In this document: positions 1 to 7,346 of the stretch, piece by piece
Numbering within the stretch: position 1 is the first letter of the stretch
How the letters are laid out: each line of letters starts with the position of its first letter
Assembly (NCBI GenBank): GCA_043813365.1
Contig: JBDRLB010000021.1
Span: 1-11,491 of the forward strand
From: Candidatus Micrarchaeota archaeon
GTDB taxonomy: Archaea > Micrarchaeota > Micrarchaeia > Norongarragalinales > SBBD01
Reading direction: 5' to 3'
Length of the DNA stretch: 11,491 nucleotides
Program-made: the position numbers and the translations under genes
The notes under the pieces: generated by a model
The model's input: only the letters and a program-made list of their open reading frames with translations
Databases searched by the model: none
What the model was told of the DNA's origin: nothing

Positions 1-410
1 GCCTCGGGGTTGGTGTCATCGAAACGGAGGATGCATTTGCCGGAATATTGCCTTGCAAGCTCATAGGAAAGGAATGCGGCCTTCGCATGCCCCAGATGGA
101 GGTAACCGTTGGGCTCCGGAAGGAAGCGCGTCACGACTTTCCCCTCTTCCGCTCCCTCGATCCGGAATTTCCTCTCCGTTTCCTCCTTCTTTTCCACGAA
201 AGTGAATTGCTTCAGCTCTTCTTCCATCTGCGCTTTGCTGAGTTTGTTCACTTCCATGACAGCTGCTTTTATCGATTCCATCGTAGCCTTCATGTTCTTC
301 CTGGAATCAGGGAATTCGGCTATCACCTTCCCCACTATCGCATTTGCATCCGCCTTGCCGTAATCGTGCGCGTTCTTCAGGCAGTGCTTGCGTATTACCT
401 CTTCCAGCAT
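1..410 (-). CDS. gltX: Glutamate--tRNA ligase (archaeal-type GluRS), N-terminal part; runs off the left edge of the window
   Basis: Hand translation of the minus strand from ATG at 410: [34 protein letters not shown]...[48 protein letters not shown]. It has the class I HIGH motif (HLGH), the LRFDDTNP motif of GluRS/GlnRS and the archaeal N-terminal helical extension. No stop in the window, so it is absent from the ORF track. Confidence 0.93.
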   Translation of the reverse strand, partial: MLEEVIRKHCLKNAHDYGKADANAIVGKVIAEFPDSRKNMKATMESIKAAVMEVNKLSKAQMEEELKQFTFVEKKEETERKFRIEGAEEGKVVTRFLPEPNGYLHLGHAKAAFLSYELARQYSGKCILRFDDTNPE

Positions 411-452
411 AAGGATCCCAAAATAAGTTTCCGGTAGGTGTTTGGCGGGGAA

Positions 453-475
453 GCTTAAAAAATCCACGCAAAAAA
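453..475 (-). terminator. Oligo-T tracts downstream of the pilus platform genes: possible archaeal terminator and/or TATA-like element for gltX
   Basis: Minus strand reads TTTTTT (475-470) then TTTTTTAAGC (462-453), 35-60 nt after the stop at 511 and about 43 nt before the gltX ATG. Role is inferred only. Confidence 0.35.
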
Positions 476-510
476 TGGAAGGAATGGCCCGGCTAAATCA
501 GCCGATGATA

Positions 511-1554
511 TCAGCCCACAATCCCCTTGAATGATTGCAGCAGGATCTCGTGCGCGACGAAGAAGATGGCGTTGCCAATGCCAACGAAAATCGGCATGAA
601 CTTGATCCCTCTCGCAGCCTTTCCGTGGCGGATGAGCCCGATGAGGATGGAGGAGAAGAATGCCGTTATGGATATGGCGGAAACGGAGAATAATTTGATG
701 TCCTCGCCGGTGATCGTTTCGGCTGTTTTCTGCCTGAATGCAAGGCTTCCAAGCGGCCCGCCCGAGGAGGCTGCATTCGAGCCCTTCATCATTTTCGGGT
801 CCAGCCCCGCCGTCTGCTGGTCGGCGATTTTTGTGCTTGTTTCGGAATAATAAAGCGAGAGCGCAAACAGCAAGGGCGCGACGAAGACCGAAGCGAAAAT
901 AATGAAAATGACGTAGGTGAGGGTGGCATTGGAAATCTCCTTCCTCAACGCCTTGGTGCTCTTCACGGTTGCGGCGACCTCATCAAGCAGGTTTGCAACC
1001 TCCCCGCCTAAACGGATGCCATCAACAAGAAGCTTGACGGACCTTTCAAGCAATTTCGAATCGACCCTCTGGGTCATTTCAAGAAGCGCATCGTTGATGG
1101 GTTTGCCGGCATAAGTGCTGACGCTGACTTTCTTGATTTCTATTCCCAGGACGCCGTATTCGGGCTTTGAGACGGTCCAGATCGCATTCTCAACCGTAAG
1201 CCCCGCCCGGATGTTTGCGGCAATGATCTTGAGCACTTCCGGGAGGATTTCCTCCACCTTGCGCGCGCGGCTTTCCGCAGTGAAATAAAGGGAGAAGTAG
1301 AAAGTGGCGCTTGCCATTATGAGGAACGCCAATGCCGCCCCTATTGAAAGGATGGGCGAGAATGGGAAGAACTGGTGCACCACCACTCCCACGACAATGC
1401 TGGAGATGAGCGCAAAAAGCACCATGAAGCCCGCGTATTTCCGGGGATCGAGGTTGCTGAAGCCCGCCTGCACGATGAGCCGGCCTATCGTATCCAGCAG
1501 GAAGCCGGGCATCATCTGCGAAAGCATGAACAGCAATTTCGAACCTTTTGCCAT
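511..1554 (-). CDS. Type II secretion system F family (TadC-like) pilus membrane platform protein
   Basis: 347 aa. Two N-terminal TM helices, a cytoplasmic T2SSF segment (RARKVEEILPEVLKIIAANIRAGLTVENAI...YGVLGIEIKKV...LLERSVKLLVDGIRLGGEVANLLDEVA) and three C-terminal TM helices. In an operon with a pilus ATPase. Confidence 0.9.
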   Translation of the reverse strand: MAKGSKLLFMLSQMMPGFLLDTIGRLIVQAGFSNLDPRKYAGFMVLFALISSIVVGVVVHQFFPFSPILSIGAALAFLIMASATFYFSLYFTAESRARKVEEILPEVLKIIAANIRAGLTVENAIWTVSKPEYGVLGIEIKKVSVSTYAGKPINDALLEMTQRVDSKLLERSVKLLVDGIRLGGEVANLLDEVAATVKSTKALRKEISNATLTYVIFIIFASVFVAPLLFALSLYYSETSTKIADQQTAGLDPKMMKGSNAASSGGPLGSLAFRQKTAETITGEDIKLFSVSAISITAFFSSILIGLIRHGKAARGIKFMPIFVGIGNAIFFVAHEILLQSFKGIVG

Positions 1555-1563
1555 TAAATCATC

Positions 1564-2445
1564 TCAAATATCCTCTATTGCGGGCCTTCTGCTCCTCACG
1601 AAATCCGTGAAGAACAGCTGGAACCCGGTTATGAAAACCAAAACAACTGCGAAAATTATCTTCGGCACATCAACGCCGAGGAATGAAATTATGACGAGCA
1701 TCATGGTGATTCCAAGGGAAGGGGTCACAATGGCCGCGAGCATGTAGATCATCGTCCATGGGGAAAGCTCCTGGCCGTACCTGCGGATGTCATCAATCTT
1801 CTCTGCAACGAGATCGGTGATGATTTCCTCAAGCGCCTTGCCCACATCGGTGCCGACCTTGAGCGCATTGTCTATCTGCCATAAAATCCGCCTGAATTGG
1901 AGGGAGGAGGTGAAGCGGCTCTTTTCCTCAAGAACGTCCTGCATCGGGATTCCCGCATTGATCCTGCGGACCATCTTGCGGAATTCGAGGGAAACCTCGC
2001 CGTAGCCATCGCAAACGCCGGTCATCGCCTCGTAGAGCGGGACCCCGGACTTCACCTGGATGAGCATCTGCCTCATGGCAGGCACGAGCTCGTTCTCCAG
2101 CTTGCGTGCGCGCTTCTTCGCAATGATCTTCGGGTAGGTCATTATGGTAAAGAAGGAAACAAGGCCGATCAAAATGGGCGCAACTACGATGAAAATCGCA
2201 GTGTTTTCATTTGTCATGCGCGCGACTATGAAGCCAAGGACGAGGATGAAAAGCGCATTGAAGAATGAGGCCACTACGCCCATGGTCGCGTATGTGCGGG
2301 GGTTGATGGTGCTTTCCGTCTGCAGCAGCTCCTGGTGGAGGGAAGGGAAAAAGGTGGACACGACGTTGCCCGTACGCTCGAAAACCTTGACCTTTGCAAG
2401 CTTCTCCACCAGCGGAGGCGGCAGAAGCGAAAACGGCACCTTCAT
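1564..2445 (-). CDS. Type II secretion system F family (TadB/TadC-like) pilus membrane platform protein
   Basis: T2SSF segment KRARKLENELVPAMRQMLIQVKSGVPLYEAM...YGEVSLEFRKMVRRINAGIP...FRRILWQIDNALKVGTDVGKAL, flanked by TM pairs. Start is ATG 2445 or TTG 2451, abutting the ATPase stop at 2452. Confidence 0.9.
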   Translation of the reverse strand: MKVPFSLLPPPLVEKLAKVKVFERTGNVVSTFFPSLHQELLQTESTINPRTYATMGVVASFFNALFILVLGFIVARMTNENTAIFIVVAPILIGLVSFFTIMTYPKIIAKKRARKLENELVPAMRQMLIQVKSGVPLYEAMTGVCDGYGEVSLEFRKMVRRINAGIPMQDVLEEKSRFTSSLQFRRILWQIDNALKVGTDVGKALEEIITDLVAEKIDDIRRYGQELSPWTMIYMLAAIVTPSLGITMMLVIISFLGVDVPKIIFAVVLVFITGFQLFFTDFVRSRRPAIEDI

Positions 2446-2451
2446 CTTCAA

Positions 2452-4110
2452 TCACTTGAGCTTCTTCCCGAAAATTGCCTTCAGTTTCTTCCTCACGTCC
2501 TCGCGGGGCCCTTCATTGAGCGCCTTGCGCACTTCCGCAACCTTCTCCTGCTTCTTCTCGGAGGGCGCCCTGACTTCCTTCTTTTCCACGATATCCGAGT
2601 GGGACGATTCCATGTTAAGAAGGTCGTCGGGGGAAGAATTCGAGTTTACGGCACGCATCACGCGCTCCTTGTCGAGGTAATACCATGCGATCATGCGGCC
2701 GACGTTGTTGACGGAGCTTATTCCCTTCTTGCACATGTATGCGAGGACCTTCGCGCGCGCGTCGAGCTCGGCGTTGATTTCCTTTGCCTTCATGCCCGTA
2801 TAGAGGCCGAGGGTGGTGTAAAGCCGGATGGATTCGCCGACCTTCTCCACCTGGTCGATCGAGGGATTCCACCGGTAAATTACGTTGATGTTCGTCTTGT
2901 TTTCCTCTTCGATGAATTCCGCAATTTCGAAAGTCCTGCGGATTCCGCTGCGCCTTTGCCTATATTGGATGACGACGAGATTCAGCGCCGACAGGGTTAG
3001 CTCCGGAATGCTGACCGGCGGATTAACAAGCCTGCTCTTGAGCTGGAAAACGTCTTCCGCATGGAAGGTGCTGTAAACTGCGTGCCCAGTATGCATGGCC
3101 TCGAACATCGTTTCGGCCTCACGCTGCCGCCTGACCTCCCCCACAATTATGCGGTCGGGCCGCATCCTCAGGGAGTTTACCATCAGGTCGAGCATCGTGA
3201 TTTCGCCCTTCCCTTCCGAGTTCGGCTGCCTAGTCACCATCGGCGTCCAATGCACGAAGGAAGGCAGCACCAGCTCGCGCGTGTCCTCTATTGAAACGAT
3301 ACGCTGGTTGGTGGGGGTGAAAAGCATGATTGAATTGAGGAAGGAGGTTTTGCCGCTTCCGGTGCCCCCTCCTACAAGGATGTTCATTTCATACTGCACG
3401 CAAAGCCAAAGGAGGGCCGCAACTTCGGGGGTGAGCGTATTGTTTGAGGGATCGATGAGGTGCACGATGGTCCAGGGATCCGCACGGAATTTCCTGATGA
3501 CAATGCTGTTCCCCTTCGAGGCGATGGGCGAGAGGACGGAGTTCACACGGCTTCCCGAGAGCAGGTTGGCGTCAAGCAGCGGCGTGAGCGTCGTTATCTG
3601 CCTCCCGATTTTCCTAGCGATGATCTCGGAATAATTCTGGATCTGCGATTCCGTCGGGATGATAAGGTTCGATTTCAGCCAGCCGAACTTGCGGTGGTAG
3701 ACCCAAAGCGGCTCCTTGGAGGAATTTACGATGATTTCCTCAAGCATCGCATCCGCAAGCAGGAGCTCCAGGTCGCCGAGGCCGAGCATCTCCTGTATCA
3801 GCTTCCCCAGCAGGAATTCCTCCTCATCCGGGCTGGAGTCCGGGAATTCCTTCTTGATGAACTCCCGCGCCTTTTCGGTGAATTTTTTCCTAACGACTAC
3901 GTCATCCCCCTGCGTGACAAGGTCGGAAATCTTCAGGTCGACTTTCTCGATGATTTTTTCCTTCAGCTTGTTGAGCACTGCGCGGGTTGCCTCGTTAAGC
4001 TGCAGGTATTCGAGCTCGTAGGTATTGATGTATTCGTTCTCCCGCTGGACGATCTTCACGTCGGCAACCACTTTCTCGTTCTCGACCTTATATGTTCCTA
4101 GAATTTTCAT
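2452..4110 (-). CDS. Type II/IV secretion system (CpaF/TadA/VirB11 family) pilus assembly ATPase
   Basis: Walker A GGTGSGKT (3346-3369), Asp box SIEDTRE, LRMRPDRIIVGEVR (Walker B region), His box MHTGHAVYSTFHA. ATG 4110 preferred over TTG 4119 because an SD-like GGGGTTGA lies just upstream. Confidence 0.96.
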   Translation of the reverse strand: MKILGTYKVENEKVVADVKIVQRENEYINTYELEYLQLNEATRAVLNKLKEKIIEKVDLKISDLVTQGDDVVVRKKFTEKAREFIKKEFPDSSPDEEEFLLGKLIQEMLGLGDLELLLADAMLEEIIVNSSKEPLWVYHRKFGWLKSNLIIPTESQIQNYSEIIARKIGRQITTLTPLLDANLLSGSRVNSVLSPIASKGNSIVIRKFRADPWTIVHLIDPSNNTLTPEVAALLWLCVQYEMNILVGGGTGSGKTSFLNSIMLFTPTNQRIVSIEDTRELVLPSFVHWTPMVTRQPNSEGKGEITMLDLMVNSLRMRPDRIIVGEVRRQREAETMFEAMHTGHAVYSTFHAEDVFQLKSRLVNPPVSIPELTLSALNLVVIQYRQRRSGIRRTFEIAEFIEEENKTNINVIYRWNPSIDQVEKVGESIRLYTTLGLYTGMKAKEINAELDARAKVLAYMCKKGISSVNNVGRMIAWYYLDKERVMRAVNSNSSPDDLLNMESSHSDIVEKKEVRAPSEKKQEKVAEVRKALNEGPREDVRKKLKAIFGKKLK

Positions 4111-4122
4111 AGAGATCAACCC

Positions 4123-4779
4123 CTATTGCATGCCCGCCTTCCCAGGCACCTCAATTGCATCCTTTTTCTCGGGCTTCCTGCGCCGGAACGCATTCTTGAT
4201 TCTTGAAAATACTTTTGCGAACGGAAGCTTGAACCCGCCCTTCCTGCCCTGCTGCGCTTCCAGATGTGAGATGAAAGAATCCACCTCCGTCCGCACTTCC
4301 AGCGCCGCTTTTTCGAGCGCATCGATTTTTTCCTCGAAAACCCTGATTGACGAATCAAGGTCGGCCGCTTTCGCCCTCATGCTTTCAATGTTCTCCTGCG
4401 AAAGGTCGCCCTTCTCGATCTCCCGGAAATGCGCCTTTGCGTTCTCGACCTTCCTGCGGACATCCTTCTCCGAAAAAATGAACATGTTCTCCGCCTCAAG
4501 CAGCTCCCGCTTCACGCCCTCGAGCCTCTCCGCTGCGGTAAGCTTCCTTTCCGCCTTGCCCTTCCCGTCGTCATCCTTGCGCACCATTTTGGGGAACAGG
4601 CGGATGCCGGAAAACTCGTACCTCACGTCAATAAGGCCGCTTTCCGCAAGGATTTCCGATAGCTCCTCCACCTGCTTCACGGGCATCCCAAGCGACTTCG
4701 CGGCATCGTCCACCGTGCAGCTCTTCCTGAGCTTGACGTATTCAACTAGCCTATCAATAGAGGTGTCTAGCTTCGCCAT
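4123..4779 (-). CDS. Uncharacterised protein: N-terminal winged helix-turn-helix, central coiled coil, basic amphipathic segment near the C-terminus; first gene of the pilus assembly operon
   Basis: 218 aa. IDRLVEYVKLRKSCTVDDAAKSLGMPVKQVEELSEILAESGLIDVRY fits a wHTH pattern. E/K-rich heptads from about aa 80 to 175. Stop is 12 nt before the ATPase ATG. Confidence 0.8.
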   Translation of the reverse strand: MAKLDTSIDRLVEYVKLRKSCTVDDAAKSLGMPVKQVEELSEILAESGLIDVRYEFSGIRLFPKMVRKDDDGKGKAERKLTAAERLEGVKRELLEAENMFIFSEKDVRRKVENAKAHFREIEKGDLSQENIESMRAKAADLDSSIRVFEEKIDALEKAALEVRTEVDSFISHLEAQQGRKGGFKLPFAKVFSRIKNAFRRRKPEKKDAIEVPGKAGMQ

Positions 4780-4808
4780 CCAAGTTACCGCATCTATTAT
4801 TTTGGGGG

Positions 4809-4824
4809 TATATTAAAAAGTTCC
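4809..4824 (-). promoter_or_regulatory. Putative archaeal BRE/TATA promoter of the assembly operon
   Basis: Minus strand GGAAC-TTTTTAATATA, ending about 30 nt upstream of ATG 4779. Confidence 0.55.
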
Positions 4825-4907
4825 TATTGCGGTTTTTCCTTAATCGGGATGGTAATTTATATTTCGCGGCGTTGTTTTGCCGCAATATCAGGTTTTTTCC
4901 ATCTGCA

Positions 4908-4924
4908 AGAATACCATTAAATAT
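4908..4924 (+). promoter_or_regulatory. Putative archaeal BRE/TATA promoter of the KaiC-like gene
   Basis: AGAATACCA-TTAAATAT, with the TATA-like box at 4917-4924 about 28 nt before ATG 4952. Spacing fits a near-leaderless transcript. Confidence 0.5.
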
Positions 4925-4951
4925 GGCACGGCAGTACTAAATCCGGTTAAG

Positions 4952-5512
4952 ATGGACAATGTGAGCGAGACGCTTAGGGAGAACCTCAAGGGCCTGCCGG
5001 AAAACTACGTCGTGATGGTCGTGAGCGACTCCAACACCTACCTTGAAACGAACCTCGCAATATTGAAGGGCCTGATTGCGGAGGGGAATACGATCATTTT
5101 CGTCACGATGATTCGGCCCGCAGCGGTTCTCGCACAGCTGTTCGACCTGAACTCCATCGACAAATCCAAAGTTTACATCGTGGATTGCGTCTCCACGCTG
5201 ACGCAGCAATATATCAAGCACACGGAGCACGAGGTTTACGTGCAGCCGAACAACCTCTCCGCAATAGCAATGGCCGTCAACGAGATGGCACTCTCGCTCG
5301 AGGGGAAGAAAATCGTGATTTTCGATTCGCCCTCCACGTTGATGGTTTACAACAGCCTCAACGAGATAATGAAATTCGCGCTGTTCATCACGAGCAAAAT
5401 ACGGCTCGAGAACTTGAAAGGCATTTTGCTCTCCGTGCAGGAGGACATGAGTTCGGAAATCCTCAACGGCCTCAGGCATGTGAGCGATAAAGTGATCAAC
5501 CTGAACAAATAG
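4952..5512 (+). CDS. Inactivated KaiC/RecA-superfamily ATPase-like domain protein (DUF835-like)
   Basis: 186 aa from ATG 4952. RecA-fold strand order: VVMVVS, IIFVTMIRP, VYIVDCVS, Walker B-like KIVIFDSPSTLMVYN, GILLSV, LRHVSDKVINL. The P-loop position reads VSDSNTY, with no GxxxxGK[ST]. Confidence 0.8.
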   Translation: MDNVSETLRENLKGLPENYVVMVVSDSNTYLETNLAILKGLIAEGNTIIFVTMIRPAAVLAQLFDLNSIDKSKVYIVDCVSTLTQQYIKHTEHEVYVQPNNLSAIAMAVNEMALSLEGKKIVIFDSPSTLMVYNSLNEIMKFALFITSKIRLENLKGILLSVQEDMSSEILNGLRHVSDKVINLNK

Positions 5513-5521
5513 GTGTTATGC

Positions 5522-5917
5522 ATGGCATCGGTATTTCTCATCATATTGGAAGCGGCTTTTTTCGTCATAAGCATATTCGCGACCGCAATCGCGATCTTCC
5601 TTTTAAGGAGGGCGCGCGATGCGCTAAGCGATGATCTCCTCAAGCGCGCGATAACGTGGATGATATATTCCAGCTTCACGCTTGCGATGATCAGCCTGCT
5701 TGTCGGCTTCAACTTCCTGGTCGCCATCAACTCGGATTTTGCAGGCATGCTTGAACAATACCAGTATGTTACGCTGACGAACATCGCAATCTGGGTATCC
5801 ATAGCGTGCAACATCATGATCGCGCTGCTCGTGAGCCAGGTGGGGAAGGCTTTTGGCTTCAAGGACTCGGGAAGCCGCGAACTTTTCTTCGAGAAATACC
5901 TGAAAATGAAAAAATAA
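5522..5917 (+). CDS. Small hypothetical membrane protein with three predicted TM helices
   Basis: Three hydrophobic stretches (SVFLIILEAAFFVISIFATAIAIFLL; AITWMIYSSFTLAMISLLVGFNFLVAI; VTLTNIAIWVSIACNIMIALLV) and a basic tail. SD-like AGGTG at 5511-5515 favours ATG 5522 over GTG 5513. Confidence 0.8.
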   Translation: MASVFLIILEAAFFVISIFATAIAIFLLRRARDALSDDLLKRAITWMIYSSFTLAMISLLVGFNFLVAINSDFAGMLEQYQYVTLTNIAIWVSIACNIMIALLVSQVGKAFGFKDSGSRELFFEKYLKMKK

Positions 5918-5959
5918 TATGTTTTTCAGGGTCAAAAATTGGTTTGATACTGCACTCCC

Positions 5960-5975
5960 CAATAAGCTATATAAA
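5960..5975 (+). promoter_or_regulatory. Archaeal BRE/TATA promoter of the pilin operon
   Basis: CAATAAGC-TATATAAA, TATA box at 5968-5975, 28 nt before ATG 6004. Confidence 0.65.
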
Positions 5976-6003
5976 CACCCCGAGATTAATTTCATCGGTC
6001 AGA

Positions 6004-6417
6004 ATGCTCTCCGCAAGAAAGGCACAGGCAGCGATGGAGTACATGATAATGCTCGGCTTTGCGCTCGCGATCATACTCCCGCTATGGCTGTATGTGAATG
6101 CATCACTGAGCAATACCAACCAGGATCTGGATGCGACTTATGCAAGGAGTGCCGTGAACAAGGTCAGGGATGCAGCGGATTCCGTTTTCGTCCAGGGCCC
6201 GCCGGCGCAGATGTACCTCGAGGTCGAAATGCCACATTCGGTGCTGTCGACGTCGGTTTCGGGAAAGGAAGTCATGATAGTATTGGATGCGCCGGGAGGC
6301 AACAGCGAAGTGTATGCAGTCACGCTGGCAAACGTGTCTGGGGCGCTGCCCGCTCGGCAGGGAAGGGTAAGGATATTGGTGAAGGCCGAAACAAATTTCG
6401 TTAACATCACGGAGTAA
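6004..6417 (+). CDS. Class III signal peptide-containing pilin-like protein (pilin 1)
   Basis: 137 aa from ATG 6004: MLSARKA|QAAMEYMIMLGFALAIILPLWLYV, i.e. basic residues, predicted cleavage after Ala, Q+1, E+5, hydrophobic helix, then a helix and beta-rich head. Confidence 0.88.
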   Translation: MLSARKAQAAMEYMIMLGFALAIILPLWLYVNASLSNTNQDLDATYARSAVNKVRDAADSVFVQGPPAQMYLEVEMPHSVLSTSVSGKEVMIVLDAPGGNSEVYAVTLANVSGALPARQGRVRILVKAETNFVNITE

Positions 6418-6423
6418 CAGGCG

Positions 6424-6837
6424 ATGAATTTGGCGATGAAGCATATGCGTGGCCAATCGGGGATAGAACTGGCCACATATTTCGGCTTCCTGATCATCAT
6501 TTTCATGATTTTCAGCGTTGAGGCCGCGTATAGGATGGGGGTAGCGCAGAGGAGCCGCGACAGCCTCGAGGCGGAGAGGGTCGGCGGCACTGCGGCAACG
6601 CACATCAATATAGCGCATTCTGTTGGGAACGGCTATTCGGCCGTCTTTTACCTCCCCGAATCGCTCAGCAACTCATATTACAACATATCGGTCTACACGT
6701 CGATTTTGCGCCTTGAAATCTGGTATTCTTCGGGGTTTGCTAAGAGCTTTCCGCTTCTGACGGGAAATGTCACGGGTGTGCCCGTGCCGGGGAAGAACCT
6801 CATAAAAAACGTAGATGGTGAGATAATAATTGAATAA
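6424..6837 (+). CDS. Class III signal peptide-containing pilin-like protein (pilin 2)
   Basis: MNLAMKHMRG|QSGIELATYFGFLIIIFMIFSV: Q+1, E+5, hydrophobic helix. Layout parallels pilin 1 (AHSVGNGYSAVFYLP vs SVFVQGPPAQMYLEVEMP; LTGNVTG vs LANVSG). True start could be a later Met. Confidence 0.88.
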   Translation: MNLAMKHMRGQSGIELATYFGFLIIIFMIFSVEAAYRMGVAQRSRDSLEAERVGGTAATHINIAHSVGNGYSAVFYLPESLSNSYYNISVYTSILRLEIWYSSGFAKSFPLLTGNVTGVPVPGKNLIKNVDGEIIIE

Positions 6838-7345
6838 GGGGCTGTTTTCAGGGGATTTCGTCGTTGGTTTGGCGATTTTCCTGGTAATATTGCTGATCGT
6901 TAGCCCGATGTGGTCGAGCGTTACGACGCAGGTGGAGAATTCGGAAGCGGAACGGCGGCTCCAGATCGCGGGGATAGAAGTTTCCGAAACCCTCCTGCGG
7001 ACAAAAGGGTTCCCGGAGGATTGGAACTCCACGAGCGTGATCAGCATCGGGCTTGCCGGTGAAACGCGCGTGCTCAACGCCACCAAGGCGAAATATTTCT
7101 TCCAGTTCATGGAGAGCAATTATACGGATGCAAAATTCATGCTGGGAGCCGGCGCATATGACATGCGGGTGGAGATCGCCAACAATACGGGTTTGCCCGT
7201 GATCTTCGAGGGAGTGGAATTCACACGCGATCCGGTGCCGGCAAATTCGTATGACGTCACGAACACGGAAAGACTGGCAGTGCTGGAATTCAACGAATCA
7301 TATGCTGAATTTGTCAGCCTGCAGGTAAGCGTTTGGAGGAGTTGA
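6830..7345 (+). CDS. Class III signal peptide-containing pilin-like protein (pilin 3)
   Basis: TTG start overlapping the previous stop, SD-like GGTGA at 6817-6821. MNKG|LFSGDFVVGLAIFLVILLIV, then SETLLRTKGFPEDWN...IGLA, ending in VSLQVSVWRS. Confidence 0.85.
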   Translation: MNKGLFSGDFVVGLAIFLVILLIVSPMWSSVTTQVENSEAERRLQIAGIEVSETLLRTKGFPEDWNSTSVISIGLAGETRVLNATKAKYFFQFMESNYTDAKFMLGAGAYDMRVEIANNTGLPVIFEGVEFTRDPVPANSYDVTNTERLAVLEFNESYAEFVSLQVSVWRS

Positions 7346-7346
7346 G

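Noticed and set aside
48..437. Plus-strand ORFs 48..437 and 109..363
   Set aside because: Antisense shadows of gltX, which has unmistakable motifs on the minus strand.
490..504. Hairpin CGGCT-AAATC-AGCCG just after the TadC-like stop
   Set aside because: Only a 5-bp stem, not directly followed by a U-tract; expected by chance.
527..4816. Many long plus-strand ORFs (e.g. 2144..2680, 2335..3000, 3095..3634, 3460..4101, 4025..4816)
   Set aside because: All lie antisense to well-supported genes, show no motifs, and are the usual by-product of biased codon usage.
4877..4951. 25-aa N-terminal extension of the KaiC-like ORF from TTG 4877
   Set aside because: Overlaps the TATA-like box at 4917-4924; ATG 4952 fits promoter spacing and domain start.
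511..5512. Interpretation as an archaellum (arlI/arlJ/arlH) cluster
   Set aside because: Two separate TadB/C-like genes rather than one ArlJ, the KaiC-like protein lacks Walker A, and no archaellin or ArlF/G is recognisable.
5806..6003. 66-aa N-terminal extension of pilin 1
   Set aside because: Overlaps the upstream gene and the TATA box; the class III signal peptide must be near the N-terminus, which fits ATG 6004.
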